Assembly (NCBI GenBank): GCA_030637655.1
Contig: DAOWGI010000002.1
Location: forward strand, 32,001-96,000
Direction: 5' to 3'
DNA from: a candidate division FCPU426 bacterium
GTDB lineage: Bacteria; Oederibacteriota; JAAXVQ01; JAUVAV01
DNA length: 64,000 nt
The notes beneath the pieces are model-generated. The model had not been told where the DNA came from. It saw only the letters and a list, made by a program, of their open reading frames with translations, and made no database searches. This document shows, piece after piece, positions 41,633 to 51,192 of the stretch (the first letter of the stretch is position 1; each line of letters starts with the position of its first letter). The translations under genes were made by a program, and so were the position numbers.

Positions 41633-42394
41633 ATGCAGATTCTTCTTTGTTCTGATCTAAGAGGAGAAATTGACAAATTGGAATCCCTGATTGAGCAGAG
41701 TAGAAATTTTGCTCTCAACGCGGTTTGCTTTTGTGGCAACATTGTGCGAGGTAGATTGCGCTTGGATGAGTGGGCATCTGCCATTCATTCCGGTCGTGTG
41801 CCGAATAGGAACAAGCGCGACATTATGGAAGAAGCTTTGGAAGACCTGAAGCTGTATAAAAAATTTTGCCGGCTGCTGGATTCCCTGGGTATTCCGGTGT
41901 TGGTGATTCCCGGTAAATTGGATGCTCCGGAAGAACGTTATTTCATGTTTATGCAGCAAGTTGCCTTTCTCTCGGACAATATTATTTTATTACATGAAAA
42001 TACGGTCAAAATGGAATCGTACCTTGTGACCGGATTTGGCGGTGAATTGACTGAGCATGAAAAAGAGGATTATTTTGTTCTGCAATATCCCCGGAACGAA
42101 ACACTTTTTGGCACTCGTCGTATGCGCTATATCAATCCGCCGCGAATTTTATTGTTTCACACGCCGCCGATTATTCAGATGGATGAACTAGCCGGCGTTC
42201 AGAAGGGAAGCAGGCTGGTAAATGAAATAATCAATGCAGTTGCTCCTTCTTTTCTTTTTTGCGGACCTTCTTTTTCTGTGTCGCAAACTTATAAAATTGG
42301 CAGTACGGTTGTGATTAATCCGGGGTCCTTAGCTGACGGGCACTTTGCTGTAGTCAAAACCAAGAACCGGGAGGCGGAATTCCACACCATCTGA
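41633..42394 (+). CDS. Calcineurin-like metallophosphoesterase fold with degenerate metal ligands
   Basis: Motif positions read SDLRG, CGNI, IPGKLD, FHTPP, FCGPS and INPGSL. Confidence 0.75.
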   Translation: MQILLCSDLRGEIDKLESLIEQSRNFALNAVCFCGNIVRGRLRLDEWASAIHSGRVPNRNKRDIMEEALEDLKLYKKFCRLLDSLGIPVLVIPGKLDAPEERYFMFMQQVAFLSDNIILLHENTVKMESYLVTGFGGELTEHEKEDYFVLQYPRNETLFGTRRMRYINPPRILLFHTPPIIQMDELAGVQKGSRLVNEIINAVAPSFLFCGPSFSVSQTYKIGSTVVINPGSLADGHFAVVKTKNREAEFHTI

Positions 42395-42424
42395 TTTTCG
42401 GGAAAGGTTGAATACATTACAACA

Positions 42425-42452
42425 GCAGGGGCACAGCGCGCTGTGCCCCTGC
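42425..42452. repeat. REP palindrome, GCAG variant
   Basis: Perfect palindrome GCAGGGGCACAGCGCGCTGTGCCCCTGC. Confidence 0.8.
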
Positions 42453-42469
42453 AATTTAACTTGTAATTC

Positions 42470-42620
42470 ACTAACCCGGACAAAGCCGGAACCAAAAAAT
42501 CTTTGACAGGATTAACAGGATGCACAGGATTTTATAAAAAAATCATGCCAATCCTGTTATCCTGTTAAAAGAATTTCTTTGCGTCTTCTTGTGCCCGTTT
42601 TTTGGGTATGCGGTGAATAA
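42470..42620. repeat. Composite repeat: end motif shared with MITE family 2, a 9-nt-period hairpin and a micro-insertion
   Basis: CTAACCCGGACAAAGCCGGAACCAAAA resembles the reverse complement of 58980-59006. It is followed by TTGACAGGATTAACAGGATGCACAGGATT ... AATCCTGTTATCCTGTTAA. Confidence 0.6.
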
Positions 42621-42719
42621 TTTTCTTGCCAAAAAAGCAAGAATTTAAGACGTAAGTTACTACAGCTTGCTGAAGGTTTTTTTAAAAATAATTCAAAATT
42701 AATTGAGGTTGTCTGGCGC

Positions 42720-44039
42720 ATGAAATATATTCATTTATTAGGTTTACTTGGTTTTCTGGTTACAGGTTGTGCCTCAACGCCGCCCATACTAAAATTACAG
42801 GCTGGGGATGGTGTGCCGTTGACCCAGGAGTTATTGGACAGTGCCCAGGAAGAGATTATCCTTGCCACCCAGAGCTATGCTGCCGGGGATCTGGCCGGCG
42901 CAGAGCAAGCTGTGGTAAGAGCTGCCCGCATCTTGTATGCGGCTGAATCACCGAGTAACGGGATGGGTAAACGGTATGCGGATCTAACCTCGACGCTGAG
43001 TTTGCTGACCGTACGCCTAAATCGCATGTTGCACGAGAGAGCGCCGGAATTGGAACCGGAAAAATTCACTATGCCGATTCCGCACAATCCGCGTATTGAG
43101 CGCTGGATTGATTATTATCTCTCGCGCGGCCGGGTAGGGTTCGCGCGCTGGCTGCGGCGTTCCGGCCGCTATGTTCCGATCCTGGAGGAATTATTTGTTC
43201 AGGAAGGATTGCCTGGTGATCTGGTGTATCTGGCATTGGTGGAATCCGGTTTTAATCCACGGAACCGGTCTTCCAAGCATGCTGTTGGTCTTTTTCAGTT
43301 TATAAAAGGGACCGCGGAATTGGTTGGTTTAAAGGAAAATTTTTGGATGGATGAACGGCGTCATCCGGAAAAAGCAGCTTTAGCTGCAATTCGTCATTTG
43401 AAATCATTGTACCGGGAATTTGATAAGGATTGGGATTTGGCTTTGGCTGCCTACAATGCCGGTTCGGGCAGAGTTGGCAGAGCCATTCGCGCGCAAAAAG
43501 TGAAGGATTATTGGAAGTTGGCTTTGCCGCCGGAAACCGAGGCCTATGTCCCGAAATTTTACGCCACCTTGATTATTGCCCGTGAGCCGGATCTGTATGG
43601 TTTTAATTTAAACTATGAAGAGGAAGAGAATGTCGAAGTGGTGGAGATTCCCGGTGGAGTGGATTTTCAAGTTATTGCCGATGCTGTTGGAGTGACACTT
43701 ACGGTAGTCAAAGATTTGAATACCGAATTAACCAAAGGGTGCACTCCTCCCGGCGAGGAACCCTATGGTGTACGCTTGCCCAAGGGATCCGGGGAGAAAT
43801 TCAATACTGCGTTTGCTTTACTGCCAAAGGAAGCGAAACTTTTAAGTGAAGAAGAATTGGGCAGGCGTAAATACAAGGGTGTGTATGTGGTCTATAAGAT
43901 AAAACCCGGAGATTCCTTGTATACCATTGCCAAGAAACACCATACCACAGTGGCAAAAATACGTCGCTGGAATTCAAGTGTGCGTAATAGTAAATATATC
44001 CACTCAGGTAAAAAGCTGCGTATTTATCGTACCCGATGA
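42720..44039 (+). CDS. mltD: MltD-like lytic transglycosylase lipoprotein with LysM
   Basis: Lipobox LVTGC; LALVESGFNP, AVGLFQF, LALAAYNAG, ETEAYVPK; C-terminal LysM YKIKPGDSLYTIAKKH. Confidence 0.88.
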   Translation: MKYIHLLGLLGFLVTGCASTPPILKLQAGDGVPLTQELLDSAQEEIILATQSYAAGDLAGAEQAVVRAARILYAAESPSNGMGKRYADLTSTLSLLTVRLNRMLHERAPELEPEKFTMPIPHNPRIERWIDYYLSRGRVGFARWLRRSGRYVPILEELFVQEGLPGDLVYLALVESGFNPRNRSSKHAVGLFQFIKGTAELVGLKENFWMDERRHPEKAALAAIRHLKSLYREFDKDWDLALAAYNAGSGRVGRAIRAQKVKDYWKLALPPETEAYVPKFYATLIIAREPDLYGFNLNYEEEENVEVVEIPGGVDFQVIADAVGVTLTVVKDLNTELTKGCTPPGEEPYGVRLPKGSGEKFNTAFALLPKEAKLLSEEELGRRKYKGVYVVYKIKPGDSLYTIAKKHHTTVAKIRRWNSSVRNSKYIHSGKKLRIYRTR

Positions 44040-44057
44040 TCTGAATATCTGAATAAT

Positions 44058-44109
44058 GGTAGAGACGCACTATAGTGCGTCTCTACCTGAAAGTGCGTCT
44101 CTACCTGAA
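44058..44109. repeat. GTAG-type REP with an 18-bp tandem duplication of its right arm
   Basis: GGTAGAGACGCACTATAGTGCGTCTCTACC; AGTGCGTCTCTACCTGAA occurs at 44074-44091 and 44092-44109. Confidence 0.85.
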
Positions 44110-44122
44110 GGAAATTAGGGAA

Positions 44123-45826
44123 ATGAAAACCATTAGAATTGCTTTGGCACAAATCAATCCGGTGATGGGGGATTTCCAGGGAAATATCCGAAAAGTAATA
44201 GCTCAAGTGGAGGCTGTTAAAGCCGCCGGGCTGGATTTTGTGGTTTTTCCGGAAATGGTGCTTTGCGGTTATCCGCCGGAAGATCTATTGCATCGTCAGG
44301 GGTTTGTCGCGGAAACCGAAGCTGCGCTGGATCAAGTGGCATACTCAACCAAACACATGACTGCTGTGGTGGGGTATGCGTATCAGCAGGAAGATAAGGT
44401 CTACAACGCAGCAGCGCTGCTGCATGATGCTGAAAATGTTGCTGTGTATAACAAAATAGAGCTCCCTAATTATGGGGTGTTCGATGAGAAACGCTATTTT
44501 TCTCCGGGGACAAAACCGCTGATTTTTGTATATGCGGGAGTGCGGATGGCTGTAACCATTTGTGAGGACATCTGGATTGAAGAGGGACAGGTACAATATT
44601 TTCTCAGGGAACAACAGGTGGATGTTATTCTCAATTTGTCGGCTTCGCCGTTTCATGCCGGGAAAATCGAGCAACGTATTCAACGTTTAACTCAAACGGC
44701 CAAAAAAACCAAGGCCTATGTCTGCTATGTAAATTTGGTAGGTGGACAGGATGAATTGGTCTTTGATGGCGGCAGTATGGCGCTTACGCCAACCGGAGAA
44801 ATTCTGGCCGCTGGCGCGCGTTTTCAAGAAACCTTACTGGTGACTGAGATTCAACTGGCAGCACCCAAGACCCATTCGCAGTTTCCGGCTGCTGTGGTGA
44901 TTTCCTCCGAATCTAAATCAGAACTTCCGGAAAAGATCGTCTGTAATCCGAAGTTGCCGCAACTTTCCCGGCTGGAAGAAGTATATGCCGCGCTGATCAT
45001 GGGAACCCGTGATTATGTGCATAAAAATGGGTTCTCAAAAGTGGTGCTTGGTTTAAGCGGTGGGATTGATTCCGCCCTGGTAGCAGCTCTGGCAGTAACA
45101 GCCCTGGGCGCGGAGAATGTGATTGCAGTCACCATGCCTTCGGAAATAAGCTCTGCGGAAACGCGAGCAGATGCCGAGTTGCAAGCAAAGCAGCTGGGTA
45201 TTCGTTTTATGACTATACCGATCAACCCCATGCTCGCGGCCTTTGTAGAAAGTTTGCAAGACGCCTTTGGTCCGGGCGAGCCGGGTATTGAACATGAAAA
45301 TTTGCAAGCTCGGATACGTGGGAATATTCTAATGGCGCTTTCCAATCGATTTGGCTGGTTGGTGCTTACTACCGGGAACAAAAGTGAAACAGCGGTAGGG
45401 TACTGTACACTATATGGGGATATGGCCGGAGGGTTTGCGGTTATTAAAGATGTACCCAAGACCCTGGTTTACGCACTGGCGGATTTCATAAATGCAAAAG
45501 CGCCGGGTAAGCGCATTGTGCAAAGTATTATTGACCGGCCGCCGACAGCGGAATTGAGACCCAACCAAAAAGACCAAGATAGTCTGCCGCCGTACGCGCA
45601 ATTGGATGAGATTATCAAAGCCTATGTGGAAGAGGATCGAGATCCGAGCGAGATAAAGAAAATGGGTTTTGCTCTTGAGATAATCTCCCAGAGCGTCCGG
45701 CTGGTGGATCGGAGTGAATATAAACGCCGGCAAGCGCCTCCGGGTGTGAAGATTACACCCAAGGCATTTGGGCGTGACCGGCGTCTTCCATTGACCAACC
45801 GCTATCAATCCGGGTTTTCAAAATAA
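44123..45826 (+). CDS. nadE: Glutamine-dependent NAD+ synthetase
   Basis: Nitrilase domain (FPE, KIELPNYGVFDEKRYF, ICED) plus LGLSGGIDSA, ENLQARIRG, TGNKSE, GYCTLYGD, EYKRRQAPPG. Confidence 0.97.
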   Translation: MKTIRIALAQINPVMGDFQGNIRKVIAQVEAVKAAGLDFVVFPEMVLCGYPPEDLLHRQGFVAETEAALDQVAYSTKHMTAVVGYAYQQEDKVYNAAALLHDAENVAVYNKIELPNYGVFDEKRYFSPGTKPLIFVYAGVRMAVTICEDIWIEEGQVQYFLREQQVDVILNLSASPFHAGKIEQRIQRLTQTAKKTKAYVCYVNLVGGQDELVFDGGSMALTPTGEILAAGARFQETLLVTEIQLAAPKTHSQFPAAVVISSESKSELPEKIVCNPKLPQLSRLEEVYAALIMGTRDYVHKNGFSKVVLGLSGGIDSALVAALAVTALGAENVIAVTMPSEISSAETRADAELQAKQLGIRFMTIPINPMLAAFVESLQDAFGPGEPGIEHENLQARIRGNILMALSNRFGWLVLTTGNKSETAVGYCTLYGDMAGGFAVIKDVPKTLVYALADFINAKAPGKRIVQSIIDRPPTAELRPNQKDQDSLPPYAQLDEIIKAYVEEDRDPSEIKKMGFALEIISQSVRLVDRSEYKRRQAPPGVKITPKAFGRDRRLPLTNRYQSGFSK

Positions 45827-45829
45827 CCC

Positions 45830-45858
45830 GTAGAGACGTTGCATTGCAACGTCTCTAC
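45830..45858. repeat. GTAG-type REP palindrome
   Basis: GTAGAGACGTTGCA-T-TGCAACGTCTCTAC. Confidence 0.88.
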
Positions 45859-45885
45859 AATAAATAATCAACGAAAACAAAAGGA

Positions 45886-46851
45886 ATGTTCGTGCTGACT
45901 ATTGGTGCCCAAAAAATAACTCCCCCTTTGCTACTGGCCCCCATGATGGACATTACCGGATTTGCGTTTCGTAACCTGATTCGTCAATACGGCGGTTGCG
46001 GCCTGTTATATTCTGAAATGCTTAGCAGTCGGCGTGTTCCCAAAGAGACGGATCATTCACCTATTTTCAAGGGTTTTGCAACAGAAGATCATTTGATGCT
46101 GCAGCTTTTGGGAAATGATCCGAAATGTTTAAGTGAATCCATAAAACGTCTGGAAGCCTTTAATCCCTTTGGTTTTGATTTGAACATGGGTTGTTCACGC
46201 GTGCCCATCATGCGGCAGGGGTGGGGAGCAGCCCTGCTTTCTGATGTCAAGCGCGCCGCCCAGGTAGTAGCAGCCATGCGCAAGACGACGGAAAAACCCC
46301 TGACAGTAAAATTACGCATAGCCTGGCAGGAGCAAACAGAGTCTGAAACATTTTTGCGCATGTTGGAAAATGAAGGAGTGGATGCAGTGATTGTGCATGC
46401 CCGCACACCGGAAAAAATATTTACCCGTCCTGCCAAGTGGGGATGGATTAGCGAGGTAAAAGCCAAGCTGAATATTCCTGTGATTGGAAATGGAGATGTG
46501 TTTACCGCCCAACAAGGCCTGGAAATGCTTGAACAAACACAGTGCGATGCGATTATGCTCGGCCGGGGAGCAATTGCCCGCCCCACACTCTTTCGGGAGA
46601 TCATGGCTCTGCTGGAAAAAAAGCCTTTGCCGCCTGCACCCGGCAAACTGGAAATATTTAATACATTTGTGAAAGAACTTGGAGAATCCATACATAGCAG
46701 AAAACGTACAGCAGAACTGAAGACCTTTTGCGAGTATTTTGCCCAAGGCTTGCCGGTACCGCACTGGTTTTGGGGTCCTATACAAGGAAAACAGGACGCT
46801 GGGGAAATTGTCGAGCAGGGAAGAAGTTTTTTGGAACGCAATCAATTATGA
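45886..46851 (+). CDS. dusB: tRNA-dihydrouridine synthase (DusB-like)
   Basis: LLAPM, DLNMGC, GAALL, TVKLR, VHART, IPVIGNGDV, IMLGRGA. Confidence 0.88.
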   Translation: MFVLTIGAQKITPPLLLAPMMDITGFAFRNLIRQYGGCGLLYSEMLSSRRVPKETDHSPIFKGFATEDHLMLQLLGNDPKCLSESIKRLEAFNPFGFDLNMGCSRVPIMRQGWGAALLSDVKRAAQVVAAMRKTTEKPLTVKLRIAWQEQTESETFLRMLENEGVDAVIVHARTPEKIFTRPAKWGWISEVKAKLNIPVIGNGDVFTAQQGLEMLEQTQCDAIMLGRGAIARPTLFREIMALLEKKPLPPAPGKLEIFNTFVKELGESIHSRKRTAELKTFCEYFAQGLPVPHWFWGPIQGKQDAGEIVEQGRSFLERNQL

Positions 46852-47056
46852 GGAGTCAAAGCTTTGACTCCTTTATGGCCCACAACCATCCCACAGGTGA
46901 CGTATTACCGCGCCAAGGCGTTTTTTTAGGAATGTAGGGGCGCACTGAGTGCGCCCTTTAATATCGTAGGGGCAGGTTCCAAACCTGCCCTTTACGGTAA
47001 TTGATAGGAGAAAGGCGATAGGAGATTATGTGTAGGGGCGACCCTTGCGGTCGCCC
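46851..47056. repeat. Palindrome cluster between convergent genes (BIME-like)
   Basis: AGGAGTCAAAGCTTTGACTCCT (46851-46872), then GTAG REPs at 46934-46956, 46966-46990 and 47032-47056. Confidence 0.8.
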
Positions 47057-47060
47057 GAAA

Positions 47061-48086
47061 TTATTTTCCGTTTTTATTTTGGTGGTTATACCCGAGCAGC
47101 AGAATGCGCTGCATGAGTTGGGAATACGGAATTTTACCTTTGATGGCAGATTGGGCCAGTTCATCTTCCCGGTTCAAAGCCGGATTAGGATTTACTTCAA
47201 TCACATAAATTTCATTCTCCGGTGTGATCCGCAAATCCAAACGACCATAACCTTTTAAATTTAAAGCCCGAAACGCCGTGCGGCTGATATGAGAGATTTT
47301 TTTCTCCAGGCCATTGGGCAGGGGAGCGGCAAAAGTATTTTGAATACCCCACTTTTTACGGAAGCCTTCATCCCACTTGGCTTTGAAGGAGGCAAATTTG
47401 GGTTTCTCTTCCGGGAATTCGGTCCAGATCATCTCGCGTAGAGGCAGAACACGCAAACGCTGATTTCCAATCACACTGGCATACAGCTCCCGGCCTTCTA
47501 TATATTCTTCCACCAGAGCATCGGTACGCATGTTTTCATGCAAAAACTTAACTCGCTCCAGGCAGGCGTTGGTATTTTCCGCGAAAGAATGCTCGGCAAT
47601 GCCTTCGGATCCTTCCTGGCCGAGAGGCTTTACGAAAACCGGAAATTTCAAGTTTTTCAGACTGCGATTTAATTTGCCTGGTGGAAATACCACAGAACGA
47701 GGAACCTTGATACGGTGGGGCGCTAAAATCCGCTTGGCGAACAATTTGTTGCGGCAAATGCTCAAAGTCGCGGCATCCGAACCAGTATAGCGTACATTCA
47801 ACATTTCCAGCAAACCGGCCACATTACTCTCGTGTTTGCGGTCATTATTAAAAACTTCCAATAGATTAAAAACAATATCCGGCGGATGCCGGCGGATTTC
47901 TGTGATTAATGGCCGGATGCGGTCGTGGATACCAAGCAAGCGGACCTCATGGCCGGCTTTTTTTACGGCCTTGATTATTTCCTGATCATTCTTCCAATCT
48001 TCCGGCCGGAAATGTTCGGCCCAATCCGAACTGGTAGGGCGTTCCGGTACATCGAAAATTATGAGAACCTTGAGTTTTTGTTTCAT
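47061..48086 (-). CDS. D-Ala-D-Ala-ligase-like ATP-grasp enzyme
   Basis: DIVFNL.E, YTGS, FPVFVKP..QEGSEGI, LVEEYIEGRE, GYGRLDLR, IEVNPNP. Confidence 0.88.
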   Translation of the reverse strand: MKQKLKVLIIFDVPERPTSSDWAEHFRPEDWKNDQEIIKAVKKAGHEVRLLGIHDRIRPLITEIRRHPPDIVFNLLEVFNNDRKHESNVAGLLEMLNVRYTGSDAATLSICRNKLFAKRILAPHRIKVPRSVVFPPGKLNRSLKNLKFPVFVKPLGQEGSEGIAEHSFAENTNACLERVKFLHENMRTDALVEEYIEGRELYASVIGNQRLRVLPLREMIWTEFPEEKPKFASFKAKWDEGFRKKWGIQNTFAAPLPNGLEKKISHISRTAFRALNLKGYGRLDLRITPENEIYVIEVNPNPALNREDELAQSAIKGKIPYSQLMQRILLLGYNHQNKNGK

Positions 48087-49117
48087 GCATGTACCTTGAA
48101 TTTGCCGGTGAATAGATAATTGGAGACCAGTGCAGTTAAATACGCGGTAATCTCTATCCCGGTTTTTATCTCATCCGGATCCACAAACAATTTGAGTTCA
48201 TCACAACGTATGGCCAATTTTTTTATCAGACGATTTACTGTGAATTTGCGCCCGCGCGTCCAGAAGGGGATGACTCCCAAATACAAGGTGCGGTGCTGCC
48301 GTAAAAAGCGCGAAGCTTTCAGGCCTTGATGTCCGGTGGCATCTGCCGGGATGAAGATGCGGCGTAAATCCGAATCAAATAGGGCAGGATCATCTTCAGA
48401 ATAAAATTTGCGCCGTTGTTCGTAGTGGGTCTTCAAACGCCGTTTTAAGCGGTTAACAGCACAGGGTTTGTCAATACTAGTTTGGTTGGGAGATTTGTTT
48501 TTTAAGTCCTGGATAAGTTTATCAACATACTTCAATTTTTTTAGGGCCGGCCAACCCTGATATTGTTTCTTCCAATCCAGGTCCGGTGTGAGACGGACCG
48601 CGAAGGTCTCGGCAAAATCTTCTTCCGGATGACTCTGGGCATACCAGTTTTCCAGATGCCGGACATAACTGCGGCTGTATGGTTGATAGTGGTAATAATC
48701 ATCAAACTCTTCGGATGGAGAACCAAAGACCGCCTGCCAGAGCCGGCGGCGCGGCAGACGGAAGGCATGACAGAGCGCGTGTCCAGCCTCGTGGCGTAAG
48801 AGTTTCATACACTCTTCTTCTGAATCGCCTTCTACTTCCAGCATGATTTTTTTTTCCAAATGTTTTAATTTCGGATGGGCCAAATAAAAGGGAATAGAGA
48901 TAGCCGGACTTTTGTCCGGGGAAAACCATTCGTCTCCCAGATAACAAGGAGGTTTAAATTGGAGACCGCAGGTTTCGAGCTCTGTATAGAGTTGAGAAAC
49001 GCATTTTTCCAGATAGGTGTTGGAAATGGAGAGCTTGAGATCGCACATGCGATAGTTCAGCAGTTCATCGTCCGGAAGATCTGCCCATTTTTCCTGCATA
49101 TTTTGGGCCTGACTCAT
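48083..49117 (-). CDS. Putative zinc-binding metallopeptidase (zincin, Peptidase_Mx-like)
   Basis: LLRHEAGHA (HExxH) and YAQSHPEEDFAETFA; 4-nt ATGA overlap with the ATP-grasp gene. Confidence 0.8.
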   Translation of the reverse strand: MSQAQNMQEKWADLPDDELLNYRMCDLKLSISNTYLEKCVSQLYTELETCGLQFKPPCYLGDEWFSPDKSPAISIPFYLAHPKLKHLEKKIMLEVEGDSEEECMKLLRHEAGHALCHAFRLPRRRLWQAVFGSPSEEFDDYYHYQPYSRSYVRHLENWYAQSHPEEDFAETFAVRLTPDLDWKKQYQGWPALKKLKYVDKLIQDLKNKSPNQTSIDKPCAVNRLKRRLKTHYEQRRKFYSEDDPALFDSDLRRIFIPADATGHQGLKASRFLRQHRTLYLGVIPFWTRGRKFTVNRLIKKLAIRCDELKLFVDPDEIKTGIEITAYLTALVSNYLFTGKFKVHA

Positions 49118-49200
49118 TGTCACCCCCAATGGGTTGTATACCTGGCCTTGGTATTAAAATACCGGAAAATAGGGTGAATTACCAGATAAATCTTATTAAA

Positions 49201-49462
49201 GGCAGATTGTAACTCATATTGCAACATTACCTGATTGCTACACAAACAGGCAAATAGTTACTTTATCCCTAAAAGATCCACCACCAAGGCACAAAGGCAC
49301 AAAGGTTCACTAAGCAGCATAATGATTAATAATTAAGGTCTATCTTAGGCTTTCCTTTGTGTATCTTAGTGTCCTTTGTGCCTTGGTGGTGGATCTTTTT
49401 CTTTAAGTCTTTATAGTTCAATAATAAATGATAAAATGTTGCACTTGTGATTACAATTCACC
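49201..49462. mobile_element. MITE family 1, copy 2
   Basis: Near-identical to 16582-16844; TAAATCTTATTAAA repeated at 49187-49200 and 49465-49478. Confidence 0.88.
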
Positions 49463-49566
49463 TTTAAATCTTATTAAATCAAAAAATAGCACACCCCCCT
49501 TCGGGGCACAAGCAATGATTTTTTAGCGGGTTTTGCAGCGGAAGCACAAGCTAAGACCGTCTCTGT

Positions 49567-50400
49567 TTATAAATCCATATTTGCCCTTACCCAAATTGTA
49601 AAAAAGTCCGGGTCTTGTAGAAAGATTTGTTCGGCATGCACCCCGTTTACGATTTTTAACCATGATTTGGAGACTTTGACGGCATTATAGACTTTTTTAC
49701 TTAAGGATTCATAAACCAGAGTATCCTGGCCGCCTACCAGAAAATGACAAGGGATTTGGATATTCCCGGCCAGTTCTGCGCCGCTAGGTTTGGCGGCCAA
49801 AATCGGACCCCAGCGAAAAAATATGTCGTCTTCAGGCTTGATCTGGAAACTGGTCTGCCGGAAGGCCACGGCCAGAGGATTCAAAAAGGCTGCGCCACTC
49901 AAGATGATGTCTTCCACCTGGGTGGGGCAGGAAACCAGCAAAAGACGGTCAGCCAGGCCTGGAAATTCAACACAAGCTCGCAGGCTGCTGTAGGCGCCCA
50001 GAGAAAAACCTAAAAGCGTAATATCGCTATATTGCGGCCTGGCCCAATTTAAGACCGGTTCAAGATCCAGGTGTTCCTTGGCGCCAAACCAATAATATCC
50101 ATAACTTTCTCCGGTACCGCGAAAATCAATAATCAGAACGTCGGCCGTGGAAGTCAACCCGGAGGTCAAGGCTTGCATGGAGCGGGTTGCGTGGTGTTGG
50201 GCAAACCCGGGAGCTACGATTATAAGCCTTTGACAGGACGGTTTTGGCCCCGATTTGAACTCGGCGAATAGCTTGACTTCATCAGAGGTAGTAAAGGTAA
50301 AATATTTACAGTCCGCCGCCAAAAGTGGAACCAAAAGGAAAAGCCACAGAAATATAACAACCCAAAGGCAATATCTCATCTTAAAATCCATAACTGCCAA
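49567..50400 (-). CDS. Secreted alpha/beta hydrolase
   Basis: Signal peptide; DFRGTGES, GFSLG nucleophile elbow, GGQD, GVHAE. Start uncertain. Confidence 0.85.
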   Translation of the reverse strand: MAVMDFKMRYCLWVVIFLWLFLLVPLLAADCKYFTFTTSDEVKLFAEFKSGPKPSCQRLIIVAPGFAQHHATRSMQALTSGLTSTADVLIIDFRGTGESYGYYWFGAKEHLDLEPVLNWARPQYSDITLLGFSLGAYSSLRACVEFPGLADRLLLVSCPTQVEDIILSGAAFLNPLAVAFRQTSFQIKPEDDIFFRWGPILAAKPSGAELAGNIQIPCHFLVGGQDTLVYESLSKKVYNAVKVSKSWLKIVNGVHAEQIFLQDPDFFTIWVRANMDL

Positions 50401-50566
50401 AAGTCCGGAACTGCTTTAGTGATACCCGCAGGTCAATCCGACCGGCATATAGTTGGTTTAACTTGAACTTATTTTATTGATGTGCCGGTATTTTATCAAG
50501 TCTAATTTTAGAGATCATTGGGAATAGGATGTCTCTTTCTATTCCCAATAGCCCGGATTTTTGTCA

Positions 50567-50596
50567 TTGACGTACTATTCCAGCTTTTGTTATACT
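50567..50596 (+). promoter_or_regulatory. Putative sigma70 promoter with extended -10
   Basis: TTGACG-18 nt-TATACT, with TGn directly before the -10. Confidence 0.55.
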
Positions 50597-50640
50597 AATT
50601 TTCTAAAGCAATTTCTTATCAACTGATTACAGGTATATCC

Positions 50641-51192
50641 GTGAAAATCACTATTTTTAATGGAAATCCCGATTCATCGAATCGGATATTTGATCACTAC
50701 CTTTCAACCTTAGCCGCTAGGTTAAAAACCTCCCAACATCGTACCGAAATATTAATTTGCAGGGACATGGTTTTAAAATCCTGTGTTGGTTGCTGGGATT
50801 GCTGGGTACGAACACCGGGCCGATGCTCCCATTCTGACGACACCACACATGCACGTCATGCCATACTCCATTCCGATTTAGCTATTTGGGCATCACCTTT
50901 GATTATGGGATTTACCAGTGCTTTATTAAAAACAGTACAGGATAAAATGGTTCCGATTATCAGCCCTTATTTTCGGATGGTCCAGGGCGAAATACATCAT
51001 CGGCCCCGTTACCGTCATTACCCTAAATTCGGCTTGCTCCTGGGACCGGAAGCAGATACAGATGAGGAAGATATTGCTATTACCAAAGAGCTTTATGAAC
51101 GTTTGGCACTGAATTTAATAAGCAAACTAAGCTTTACAGCTACCAGCAATCAACCGGTTGAAGAGGTGTGCTATGCGATTAATATGCTTTAA
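50641..51192 (+). CDS. Flavodoxin-like / iron-sulfur flavoprotein family protein
   Basis: IFNGNP, CVGCWDCWVRTPGRC, SDLAIWASP. Confidence 0.82.
   Translation: MKITIFNGNPDSSNRIFDHYLSTLAARLKTSQHRTEILICRDMVLKSCVGCWDCWVRTPGRCSHSDDTTHARHAILHSDLAIWASPLIMGFTSALLKTVQDKMVPIISPYFRMVQGEIHHRPRYRHYPKFGLLLGPEADTDEEDIAITKELYERLALNLISKLSFTATSNQPVEEVCYAINML

Noticed and set aside
44075-44122. N-terminal extension MRLYLKVRLYLKEIRE on NadE
   Set aside because: It is an artefact of the 18-bp REP-arm duplication; the real start is ATG 44123.
46934-47056. Spaced GTAGGGGC repeats as a CRISPR array
   Set aside because: The units differ in their cores, spacing is irregular and there are no cas genes. They fit REP clusters.
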